A stretch of DNA of 64,000 nt. Origin: Magallana gigas. Its lineage: Eukaryota. The DNA lies in the NCBI RefSeq assembly GCF_963853765.1, contig NC_088860.1:30194001-30258000 (forward strand), given 5' to 3'. The notes under the pieces were generated by a model that searched no databases, was not told the origin of the DNA, and saw only the letters and a list, made by a program, of their open reading frames with translations. The position numbers were made by a program, and so were the translations under genes. Shown here piece by piece: positions 36,114 through 49,181 of the stretch (position 1 is its first letter; each line of letters opens with the position of its first letter).

Positions 36114-36990
36114 ATGTCTGTAAGTACATGTATGCAATTTGATCAGAAAAAAGTCAATGAGCATTTTCCTTCCCATTTATGAATTGTAGCTTCTTTGCTT
36201 TTTGTATAAAATTATACAGTAAAATTATTGATATCATATACGTACATTTATTTTAATGATGTAAATTTATGTTACACTTTATTTTAGGAAAAACCTCCCC
36301 CTTATCAGCCCGAACAAGGGTACCCCCCGCCCCAACAGGGCTATGGTCCGCCCCAACAGGGGTACGGTCCGCCACCACAAGGGTACGGTCCGCCACCACA
36401 GGGGTACGGTCCGCCACCACAAGGCTACCCCCCGCAGCAGCCTGGATATGCCCCGCCACCCCAACAGGGGTACGCCCCACCCATGCACACTTCACAATCA
36501 AACACAACCGTGGTAGTGGCGGGAGGGGGAGGGGCGGCGCCGGTCGTGATTCAGCAGGTGCCCGAGAGGTAATTTTTTGTTGACTTCCTTGTTGTTGATA
36601 AAGCTTTCCATTGTGGTTGTATTTTACCTTCACTCAGTTTATGTACAGAGAAAAAAACTCGACCGTGAAATAAAATGCGCTCTCTTTAAACAATTTGTCA
36701 TGCACACAAGAATGATTTCCGATTTATATACTTCTGTCTTTTAGATTTGCAGATAAGATCTGCTTAAATTTGGTGATCAGCCTTTTCTTTTGGCCTTGGC
36801 TGATTGTATGGCTGTGTTTGGTATGTATGATATAAATATACTTCTATATACATATCCAATGTACCTTTCCATTTTAATTGCAATTTTCAATGATTCAAGC
36901 TGTAGTCAGCAATGTATTTATGTATTTGAGGCTTTTTATTTACATTAATTGGTCTTTTTATTACATTTTCAGTGTATTTTTGAAACATAG
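36114..36990 (+). CDS. CYSTM-like membrane protein, copy 4 (long form, 126 aa)
   Basis: Exons 36114-36119 (MS), 36288-36568 (EKPPPYQPEQGYPPPQQGYGPP...VVIQQVPER), 36745-36820 (FADKICLNLVISLFFWPWLIVWLCL), 36973-36990 (CIFET*). GT-AG introns, phases consistent. Confidence 0.85.
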
Positions 36991-37627
36991 AGTTGGAGAT
37001 CTGGTGCCTCTATATGGAGATACAGAACAACTTATGTGAAGAAACATTCAGTCATATAATCATATCAAATGGTTAATTCTGACGTTATTACGAATCATAA
37101 AGAATTCACATTGGGGTTTTTTATTAACATTTTTGTGATCATTTGAAAGAGCATAATCATACAGCTTGCATTTATAATGAAAACAGACATATTACATTTG
37201 GTTATTTTTGTATATTTACGTACAGTAAATAGTTTCCCTGTTTTTCTTATGGATTTAATCAAATGCTTTGTTTGGTGATTCATGCGGCCGGATGGATATT
37301 GGCGACATGGCAGGGAAAAAAAATCCTGCTATGGTCGCTTCCTTCATGAACCGCATGAATCATCAAAGAAAGCATTTTAATACTGTTTATATTTTTCATC
37401 TTTCTCTTAAAAGATGATGAATTGGTAATAAAAAGTAAGTAAAAGTAACTAAATTATTGTTAATCTGAATCGGAACATTAAAGAAAAGAAATGCATGTAG
37501 CTAAATATTATCATATGGGGTCTTAGAATTGCATTTCTTGTAATTTTTAAACACTGTTATAGATGCATAGTTTAGTTTTTAAAAAGTCAACTTTAATTCA
37601 AGTACACATGTAGCTGTAATAAATATT

Positions 37628-37856
37628 ATTATACTTTCATGGAAAATACTTAAATCTGATTGGTTTAGACGCGGTTTAAATCCGTTCTATTGCGGCCCTC
37701 AGCATTAGCAACGCACTTTGCAATGGGTAGCACTATATAAATAGTGCCTGTTTGGGAGGGTAACTGTTGAAATTGACACCCCGAGAAAACATTGTCAACC
37801 GACGCAAAGCGGAGGTTGACAATGGTTTTCGAGGGGGTGTCAATTTTAACAGTATT
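37628..37856 (+). mobile_element. Family A palindrome-ended element (partial)
   Basis: Homologous to 8002-8372, including ATCTGATTGGTT and ATAAATAGTGCCTGTTTGGGAGG...GTTGACAATGGTTTTC. Confidence 0.8.
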
Positions 37857-37859
37857 ATA

Positions 37860-38452
37860 TAAGTAGTTTCTTTCCAAAAATGGTCACCTAACTCCGTAGT
37901 GCAGTGGGTTAGAGGGTTTACTACGAACCTGTAAGTCATGCGTTTGAATCCCGCTGGGGGTTTTACAATGTTTACCTTTACAAATATTTTTAAGGTGCCT
38001 CACTACACCTTGAAATAGTTTCTCAGATCAGCAGAAAATTACTTGATTATGATACAAAGCGTGATGGATAAGAAGTATATATGTCAAATAGGCGAAAAAA
38101 TGTGCAATTTTAGATAAAAAATGATATTTTCAAAAATTTCATTCAGTAAACATAAACAAAAGCCCCAGGTGGATTCGAACTCATGACCTGCGGTTCATAA
38201 GCCTGAAGCTTTAACCACTGAGCTACGACGATATACATCTGAATCGATTGATACAAACAGTTTAATAAAACAGTTAAATCGCCATCTTGTGACGTATTGT
38301 CTTAAAAAATGTAAGTCTCGGTGTAGTGAAGTACCTTAAAAGCTATTTTTTGGTTAAATATTGTAAAATTTGAAAATTCTAAACCAATGAAAATTTTTCA
38401 ATTATTTAGTACTTTAATCCACATTAATATCGACAGATGTCACATATCAACT
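37860..38452 (+). mobile_element. 5'-truncated copy of the 22538-22894 MITE, interrupted by a second MITE
   Basis: AAGTAGTTTC, GTAGTGCAGTGGGTTAGAG and AAAGCTATTTTTTGGTTAAATATTGTAAAATTTGAAAA are shared with 22538-22894. Confidence 0.75.
37994..38335 (-). mobile_element. TTAA-flanked MITE with reverse-oriented tRNA-like core, nested
   Basis: TTAA|GGTGCCTCACTACACC ... GGTGTAGTGAAGTACC|TTAA; internal GGATTCGAACTC...TTAACCACTGAGCTAC (B and A boxes on the minus strand). Confidence 0.85.
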
Positions 38453-38457
38453 TAAAT

Positions 38458-38630
38458 AGAAATGACGTGAATTCTATAGCGAACCGTATGCGCATGATTT
38501 GCGCGCATGTACCAATTCGTTGTGTTACCCGTTGCCAAGTGTGTTGCTAACGCTGAGGGTATTAGAACGGATTACCAACTGCGTTTAAACCAATCAGATT
38601 TCAGTATTTAACATGAAAGTATAATAAATT
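38458..38630 (-). mobile_element. Family A element, 5' part, inverted
   Basis: Reverse complement of 8005-8175 (CCAATCAGATTTCAGTATTTAACATGAAAGTATAA). Confidence 0.8.
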
Positions 38631-39327
38631 AAAACGAATTGTTTCGTGCACCTTATTCTACGAGTAATGCGCATTCAACGGAAGAGCCTTTAGAACAGCC
38701 GAATAATGCTGACAAAAATGATCTTTGGTATAATAATAATAATAAGTTTGATGTTGATTTAATTGGTATTTGATTGATTAAATTCATTTGACTGTTAGAA
38801 AATATTTATATCATTGAAATGATTATCAGTGTAATTATAATACTGACTTTCAGTGTACAGTGAGATGTCTTTTGCAATGTGAGGATAACAAGAAAATTCA
38901 AAATATCAATGTCAAGTTTAAGATCATCTATGCATATCGATACACAATTTTCCATATTTAAAAAAGTAAGTCGCATCATTGGATTGACTATCTGTTCGTC
39001 CTGTTGCTTTGAACGATATTCATTCGTAGCAAGAATTTAAATTGGAGTTCGGTAGATAACTTGTATTTTGAAAGCACATTCTGTGCCTATAAAATACCCT
39101 ATTTGACAGTGATCGACTTTCACACAGACTCATACGGATTCGCATCCTTTTCCTTATCCCACGCCCGTAATGACGGTGTCTTCCCACTTAGCCAACATTT
39201 TGAAAAAAAATACAGGTGAAATACAGGTAGATTTGTGTTGGCTAAGTTGGAATGGGGTTCAGGTAGAGAACAAAAGAATTTTCAAATTACAGGTAAGCTA
39301 TAGTCTGTTTTCAGATGAAAGTAGGAG

Positions 39328-39340
39328 AAATAATAATAAT

Positions 39341-39410
<70 letters not shown>
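39328..39410. repeat. (AAT)n followed by (TA)n microsatellite
   Basis: Directly visible; about 32 TA units. Confidence 0.95.
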
Positions 39411-39415
<5 letters not shown>

Positions 39416-41567
39416 AGCCTACAGAATAATACATATGAATTGAGCTTCTGTCCCAGTAAATTATTTAATAATTAATTCAGATGAAAATGTTATTTTTACA
39501 AATGAACTGTTACATATTCCCCTATAATTCATGCCCTTGATTAGGGTACAGATATCATGGTTTTCATCATTAACTGAGATAATTATATAAGCTGACTTAA
39601 CTTAAACATGGCATTGAAAAATATTGTAATTGTAAGAATCACGTTTGAAATTTTAACTATACATCATATATGGGTTATATTTAGATTTTTTTTTTCAATT
39701 TTCTTTGGTTTCTATGATTATATTGATTAATTCCAATCTACAGAATATGAAGTTAACAAAACACAAAAAAAGCTAGAGTTAAAGTGCTTATACTTTTAAT
39801 GGTGTAAACTTTACATGTAATAAAAGGTTAATACATCATTAGTTATGAAGATTAAATCCTCCCTTGTCGTTTTCTATAAAGTTGACCTGCACCTGAAGAT
39901 TGGGCATTTTGATTTTTTATGTCTTTTAACTAACAGTCCATAAACAATTAAGAACTCATCATTTTCAGGCTTTTGATTCTGTAAATTAATGGCCATAATA
40001 ATGCTTCTCAATTTCAATTTGTTCATTCTCTCAGACCATTAAAATACACATGAACATGAGGTACAAAATTGTGTTATTTGCGTTAAACTGTAATGTCAAA
40101 GGAATATAATATTGTATTACAACATAGTAATACATATTTCTAGTCTTTTCATTCTTTAAAAACTTCTGATCGATCTTATTTATGTTTATATATTATATAC
40201 ATCCAAATTTAAACAGTTTAAAATTATTTACATGAACGTTTTAATCATGCAAATACCCGTATTGGTTTATACAGTCATGCATATGAAATGTTTTGTGTAA
40301 TGATCTTGCAGAAAATTACTGACCTATATTTAAAAAAAAATGGTTATTTTTATTTATCTATTCTGTTTATCATGTTATAGGCAAAATTAAATGCTATTTG
40401 TTTTCAACAAACTATTCTCAGATAATTGATAACAAATACATTTACATGTGAAAACAGACTATAGTCTCGAGCTCCTGATCACTCAGGTGTGAAAATCAAA
40501 ATGTTGGCCAGGTGGGAATTGAGAATTTCAGAATGTTGGCTAACTGGGATTGTTGTAATTTATTGAAAATATGTATATTGATTTTCAGAAAATATGTTTA
40601 AAAAGGATGTTTGCATATGCATACATGTGCGTAGACTAGGAGAGTGTACAATCGACCACATTTTATACAGATGACATTTTAAGGCCCGTATATGGATGGG
40701 AGTTGTTTTTATCAGCATAAATTCTAAGAATTTGAGTGAATTATTTTTAAACTTATATTTTCATTTACATTTTCTTCAAACACAAAATCAAGAAATACAA
40801 CAGAACTGTGACTAAAAACATGCAACCCGATTTCATTAATTTCGACTGCCATTTTCGTATTTTCGATTTAATCGAAATTTTACTTCCATTGAATCGATCG
40901 ATTTGTGACTAATATATATTATTTTAATATTTTTTTAGCAACAACTACATGTACAATTAAAAGATTTTCCTTTAAAAAAAAAATCAACCCCTTAGGGATA
41001 TTTCGAATGTGATAGAATTTGGATAGTCCATATTATGTGTCATCTATAATCATATATTTTCCAGCTTCTAGTTCCCGGCAAAACTAACATCCCAACCCCC
41101 CAAAAAGAGATACTACTATGCTTACCCTCAAATTGGAAATATAAAATAATACATTTACTTTAGTTTCAATGTAGTGATTTAGATTTTTAAAATTCCTATT
41201 GTGGTAATGGTGCTTGGTTTGGTTTGGATGGGTGAAAAACAGTTTTATCAACAGTTCATTAAATTTAATGTGTTATTGTATTTTTGAAAGTGACGGAATT
41301 TTGTGATGAAAGAGTACCTCTATCTTTCGGACATCAGTGCACAAAATGATAAAATTAATATATTTGGCCAAATGGGATATCAATGTTATGTGTTTTTGTG
41401 TTGAAATAATCCGGAAATCACAAATCTGCGTTGAAGGTTTACTGCATTATTGAGCAAAGTCTACATCTCGTACTTTTTCTCAAGGCTCAATCTACTCGGA
41501 CTGTCAGATAAGCATAGCACGGAACTGTCACATGACAAAGGCATTGTTTTCATGAAAGCCGAGGAAA

Positions 41568-44500
41568 ATGTCGACTGAGTACCCTCCTTTTAGGCTTGGA
41601 AAACCAAGATACGACCAAGTAAGTGAACTGACAAAAATGAATTGGGGAAAAAAAACCGAAATACCGAGACCTAGCGCTGGTCACGTTCACATGGTTTGTA
41701 CTATAGCATCAGTTTAAAGCCTTTTATGAATGACTTCTCAGCAGCAATATCTGTTTACACCAATGATGCATTATTTTGGATGTTTATATAATTTAAGATC
41801 ATTGAATTAAGATTAATACCGTTTATCGGTCAATCGGGTAATACATGTAACATGAAATTCCTAACTCTTGTCAAAGTCACGTTTGCATTGTTATTATTTT
41901 TTATTTTTTTTTTTGGGGGGGGGGGGGGCTGAATATAAAAAGAAAAGGCTCATATTATGGTATTGAATTTTGTTTGAATGGGAATCTATCTTCCTGATCT
42001 TTTCAATTTATAAACATTTATTGTAAAAATGTAACAATTCTAAGAGCTTAAGAAGATGCTCACATTTACGATGGCATGCTATTTTTGTGATGATCCTTGA
42101 CACTTATAATGTCCAGGAAATACAAAGCCTGGGTTTATGCAATGCACATGTGAGTATGACTTTATAAATGTAGACATAATGAAGATAAGAAAATTATATT
42201 TGCATAGTTTTGTAACATATATTTCATTGCATATTTTTTCCCTGCTGCAGCCATGTAACTTGACTAGATTTCCAATAAGCTTATTCACAAATTAATTTAC
42301 TACTGTAAATGACTGTAATGATGATGTTTCATTCGTATTTTCATTTGAATGTATTAGATTAAAATTATTTTAGTCTACATTTGATGGAAGACTTCGCCAC
42401 TTCTTTGATGTCATTGATCCTAGGACCCTCTTTACTTCAGAGGTGGGTACATGTATATTTATAGCTGTTTTTAATCAATGGAAACGGGATGACTGCATTT
42501 TAAATTAGCCATAGATTTAGTTCAAGGCCATGTTCTTGAATGTAGGAATGTATGATATTGTTTTAAAGGTTATAGCTTGATTGGATTGAATTTCTAACCA
42601 CAAGTATTGGTTAATAACTGCCATGCAATGCCTGTTAAAATGAACTAATTGATAATTCCTTTTTTTTTTAATCAAATAACTTTTGTCTGGTTTGATATAG
42701 ATACAATGTGCATAAACATATTACCTGGTACACCAAATAATTCATGAGATTTTATCTTTGTCTTTTCTTTAACTAGGAGAAGCTAAAGAGTTGTGTTAAA
42801 CTGTTAGATGATTTTTCCAAAGGCCACCTACCCCCAACTGTAACAAACAAGGATCTATGGGAAGCTCAGAAAATAAAGCAGGTGAAAATTTAAAAATGGT
42901 TAACAATCACACCTTTTATGACCTGGTTATGTCTATAATTTACATGTGCATGCACTATGGATTCATTTAAATTCATTGGCATCAATTCTGTCAAATTTGT
43001 TACAGGATATTTTATGCTAATTTGTGAACATTGCATTTCATGTTCATGTCTTATATGAATATAAATTTTTATGACTATATAGTATACAAACTCAACAACA
43101 AAAATTCAGCAAAAAATGATGAAACCCAATTTTATATTTTCCATTACAATGATTTTATTCTATTTTTGATTTAAACATATCCATATTGTTTATTGCAAAA
43201 ATAGAGGCATTGAGGAATTTCAGATATGTAACATGTGTTGCTTACACATGTTACATATCTGAAATTCCTGATTAAAATCGGATCTATGATCCGCTCAGAC
43301 AAATTCGATATCACTACACAAAGCTTTGTGTAGTGACCTCAAATTTGTCGGAGCGGATCAAAGATATGATTTTAATTCGATTGACACATAAACATGTATA
43401 CCGGGTATGAATAATTGACTGTAATTCAGTGCATTGTGCAATAATAGCAATATTAAAAATAATGACTCTGAATTCATTTTATCTTTTTTTAACATGTTCC
43501 ATAGGCAATCATTCATCCAGACACTGGAGAGAAGATTTTTATGCCCTTCAGGATGTCAGGTAAACTATTAACCAGTTTTATTCGTGTGCGAGAAATTTTC
43601 GCAAGGTTCATGAGAATCACCTTTGTCACAAATATTTCTTGCTGTGAACAAGTCCTCAAATGTCTGTGGTAAATTTTTTTGTAAGGAATCTATGTTGTGG
43701 TTGCAAAAATTTAGTCACTGTAAACCAGCTTATTTCCATTGTATTGCAATAAAGAGTATATTAGATTTCAATTTGATGTTGACTGTTGTTTCAGGATTTG
43801 TACCTTTTGGCTCTCCAATGGTAAGTGTTTTTCTTATATATGAATTTAGTAACTGTAATCGAAATATAAATTTTGATTTTTACCCTCATGTTTTCAGTGC
43901 AGTCTTCTTTCGTTGAAAACAGTTCTTTAATTGTCAAATGTATTTTTAAAAAAAATGAAGTCTTTCAGAATTAAGTGTTACATGCAGATAGTTTTCATAG
44001 AATATGCAAAAAATTATTTTTTTGAATGCGTTTGATTTCTTTTGACTTTAAAAAGTATAATGTGAATTCGAATTAGTAAATCAGTTTGGCCGTAACATTG
44101 CAAAGAATTGATGAATTTTAGACTAATATCATTTTGCATGTAGTGGTAAGATAACTTTTTCCTCTCTTCAATCTTAACCATTTACTTGGATGATTTTTTA
44201 CTAGGTGGTAGGCTTGTTGCTGCCCAACCAGACCATTGCCAGCACCATCTTCTGGCAGTGGATCAACCAGAGTCACAACGCATGTGTCAACTACGCCAAC
44301 AGGAACGCGACCTCCGTAAGTCATTCTGCCTTCTCTTGCCACTGATTGGTCAGTTATTTGATGCGGGCAGGTGTAAACTCACTGTCCGTTGCAAGTCATT
44401 TGCAGTGAATTTAATATGTACGGTATGTGTATTAATAAAAATTATATAGTGTGGTTAATAGGTTTTGATTATCAATGTATGGCATTCAAAGACACTGTTA

Positions 44501-47500
44501 CTTAATATGAAATATATTTTTATTTTTTTTGCATGTGTGAATGAAGCTTGAATACTGGTCACAAAATAAGCTGTCTAGCAAACAAGATTAAAGAAACACA
44601 GAAAATGAAACAGTTTCTGTCTATGTCATAAATTCAATCTTTCTTTCGAAAATTACTAATTTTATTAGCAATTTAACATTTTTTAGGAGACATAAGATGA
44701 GATACTTTTTAATTTGTGTTGTTTTGTTTGTATGGTATATTTTGCTCTCTTTTTGATAGATACTTGAAAAAATTAAATTATGAGATATATTTATACAGAT
44801 ATTGCACAATTGTAAAGGAGATGCATGAAGTCATATTCCTGAGGACATATCATTGTACAGGTCGAGACCACTATATTTTGTGACGTCGGCATAAATTTGC
44901 ATACTAAATTATCCATCTGTTTACTTTCATCGACAAACCAATCAGGTGATTGAGTTGCAAGGCATTGTGGGCTACTACAAATTTCAGTGAATACAAAGCA
45001 TATTGAAAATATATTTAAATAGGTTGATAGAAGTCCTCATATGCAATAAGTCCTCATATGCAATATTTTTTTAAATGTGAGCATAGATATTGAAGTTCAG
45101 ACATAATTGTCCATATTACTTTCATAAATTCTGTAAAATCGTTCAAAATGAGTTTCCAAACGACAATTTAAAATGGTAATTCTGAAAAATTGTTCAAAAT
45201 GAGTTTCCAAACGACAATTTAAATTGATATATAATTCTGAAAAATCGTTCAAAACGAGTTTCCAAGCGACAATTTAAAATGGTATAAAGTAATATGGACA
45301 ATTATGTCTGAACTTCAATATCTATGCTCACATTTAAAAAATATTGCATATTAGGACTTATATCAACCTATTTAAATACCCCATTGTCAATGTTTAAAAG
45401 AGAAGTACGTCCTATTGAATTAGAAGCAGTGAGTACCGTTTTTTCACGTGATACCCAATATTTGGGACAACATTAATAGAATGCGCGTTGATATTTTCTT
45501 CAGGGACATTCATCAGAATGCTTAACGGACAAAATACTATATGCTGCGTACCTTGCGCTTCTGCGTTTGGATATTTGTGCATTTCTACTACCGTGGCTAT
45601 TCACGTATGTTAAAAATGTAAAGTTACCTGTATTTATTTCTAGTGCACACTGATAAAGTCATCAATACACAACTGTGCATTTTTTCTTATCAAAATGTAT
45701 TTGTACTTGTATGCGTATGTTTGTCAGTCGTTTGATACTGATCAGTTTTTGAAGCAACAATTGATCAACTAAAGCAACAGTATTTTTCAATGTGAGCATG
45801 GAACAAAGTTAATGGTACGTAATCTTTTCTTTTTTACCTTCTGAAGTAAAAATCAAGAAGTACAAACACTCCGGCAAGCAATTAAATATTGTGAATAAAA
45901 CAGACAAAAACCACGTGCGTTTGTTGAATCGTAAACACGTTGTAGACCTTCATGCATTGCAACTCATTCACTGGATTGGAGAATCTGTTTTAAGTAAATA
46001 CTGGTAGTGTACCTGACCTGTTGTACAATTTAATATTTAGTTGAAGACTTTAAGTATCTCTGGTTGCAAAACTTTGATACTTACTGTAAACATAGTGATG
46101 TCTTTCTGTCAAACAATATCTATATCATTTCAGAAAGACAAATAATACCCATCCATTGTAAGTTCTCTGTTTTCTCTATCCTTTAGGCTGTCATACAATA
46201 TAGAGTTGTTTCCCTCCCTTTAGTACATGTATTTAAGTTCGGTTATTTTAAACACTTAAACTTCTTTTATGGGTTTTTTGTTTTTTTATTTTTTTTTTTT
46301 ATTTGCTGTTTGACTGCACACAATTTTTAGGCATTCAAAATTTAGCATTTTGAATGTACATTCATATACCTAACTAAAATAAATTGCAGCTAATACAGTG
46401 CCAACAATACGTATTTATATGTTTATTGGTAATGAAAATTGAAGGAAAGCAATAACCTTTTATTATATATAAACATTGAAAAACAATTTTACCTTTTGTA
46501 AAAAGTTTTGTTTTTTGTTTATGAATTTAATAGTTTTGTTCTAGCTTTTAAAGGTGGGATAACACACCTGGAAAAAGTCACTCAAATTAACAAGACATTA
46601 TTTGATAATGAAAGATATAATGATAAATAAATGTACATATGTCAAATAAGTGAAAAATTTGCAGTTTGGGGATAAAAAATGAATATCTAAAATAATTATT
46701 TCAGTAAGTAACAACAAAAGCCTCTGCGGGATTCGATCTCGCGATGTACGGATCACAAGACAGACACTTTATCCACTCGGCTATGGAATAAGTTACATGT
46801 TGCAGTCGATAATATCCTTTATATAAAACGAAATGTCGTTTTGATCAGCGGTCAGCCATTTTGTGATGATGTGTTATTCCACCTTAAGAGTAAATAATAA
46901 GAGTATGATTATAAATTAGTATTCTACTGATAGTAACAATAACAACACTTGGTATGACAGAATGTTTTGTGTTTTACCTGCAGCCTACTCCAATGAGCCG
47001 ATTCCTACTGGGGTACACTGGAGCAGTGAGCACAGCCGTGTCCATCGCTGTTAGTATGACAGTATTATAACTGTCAATCATGATCTATTTCTATCTGTAA
47101 ACAAATTATTTCTTTGTGTTAAATTGTGTACTAATTTTATATCTTAACTTTACAAAAATGTTTTCAAATGTTTTCAAAGAATTTAAGTATCAAGAGTTTT
47201 CAGTATTTATTAAGATATAAAAAAATCACTTTTATTCTATTAAGATCATTTTAAAATTTAAGGTGGGATTAAATCTACTGATCCAAAAGGCCAACAAATT
47301 TAGTCCTGCTACCAAAGTCCTCATACAGAGGTTTGTTCCATTTCCTGCAGTGGGTGAGTTCTCTCTGTCATAAAATCTTTCAAGTTTTTCAAGATGAATT
47401 GAATATTTGATTTAATTAAGACCACTGTACAGTTTAGTAGCGTTATAAGCATGACATTTTTATTCATGCATATAAACAAATTCATGTCAGATGAGATTTC

Positions 47501-49145
47501 TCTGGAAATTAAACAACAGTACAATATTTATATATTTGTATAATTTAAATGGGTATTGTGTATATCTATCATTATCAACTCATACATGTACTGTTGGTTT
47601 ATCTTTAGCTTGTGCAAGTACTTGTAACTTACTGCTGATGAGGAACTCGGAGCTATCTACCGGTATAGAGGTGGAGGATCATAATGGAAACGTTATAGGA
47701 AAGTCCAAAGTGGCTGCCAAAAAGGTTAAAAAAAAACTTTGCATCAACAAATAAAAAAAAAATGTTGATTTATATTTATACAAAAGCAGTATGATCATTA
47801 TGGTGCAAGTTTTTGTTTATCAGGATAAATGATTTATTCCTGTTTCAGGCATTAATGGAGACTGCAATCACCAGAATGTTCTTGCCCGCCCCAATCCTTG
47901 TCATTCCACCAATCATCATGTCCCTTCTTGAAAAGTAGGTCAAATTATGTTCAGGTAGTGGATGCTTGATAAAGCTTCACAATAACCATTTTTTCCTTCG
48001 ATAAATATCATTCCATTGATAATCTAGTTATTTCTGTTTTGTTATATTATGTCATAAGAATATTATGTTATAAGAACTATGACAACATTTAAGATCAGAC
48101 GACACGTTCTTCGAGAATCTTTTTTGTATCTCCTCGTAATAAAGAGTTCCAATAAAAAATATTAATTTTATAATTACTTTGAAAATGATCAAAATTTACT
48201 TGAATTTGGTTATATGTGTACGTGGTCGAGTGGTTAGAACCGTGGCCGCTCACTACCAGAAGCATATGGGTTCTAGTGGTCGTGAGTTCAAAGCCCCGCC
48301 CCGGCGGAGATATAGTTCTAATTTAGTGAATTTCGCTGTGCTGTAGATGTATTATATCAGCAATTCAAGTGTATTTTCAAGAAGATTATATAGGAAATTG
48401 CATACTCTAGTATTTTGCAGAAATGCCTGGTAAGGTACCCTAATTTTTTGCAAGAAAGCTTGTCAAAGTAGTAGTTAACCATTAACAAATTCCTGGAAAA
48501 AGTTATCTAAAATTGAGGAATGTGTCGTCTGACCTTCATGAAGTCTTTTAAACATCAATGTAGAGTTATCTCTCTTTGCTCATGATTTGCCTTGTTGGAG
48601 GAAAGAAGTGTGTCATTTCATCTAAGACAAGTTTTGTTTTCTAGGACTGCATTCTTCAAAAGATATCCACGTGTCCATTTACCTGTCCACGCTTCTGTAG
48701 TCACCATTTGTTTTGGATTAGCTCTTCCTGTTGCCATAGCAATATTTCCACAATATTCAAAGGTACCTGTCACATATTTTATAACTTATTCATCTTTTAA
48801 CGGCAAGGAGGATTGTCTTCAGTTCAGGAGTACAGGAAAAAGAGACATTGAACACCTGTTCATAGTGATTTACAATGTGATAAATGCTATAATTTTTTTT
48901 AAGTTATATTCTGTAAATCATCTTTTGATATGATATACATGAACATGGTCAGGTTGTAGCAATATGAGCCTCCTGTAACATTAAAAATATCAATGTTGCA
49001 AAGATTCCTTGATCTTGATTTAAACATTATTCTTACAAATCAATTAGAGTACAGGAATGCCTTCTTAGCTTTTAGTTCTTTCTTTTCTCTTTTCTTGCTA
49101 GCGTTTGCTATGGATACCGGGGTCTATGCATGGCTTACTGATTTC

Positions 49146-49181
<36 letters not shown>

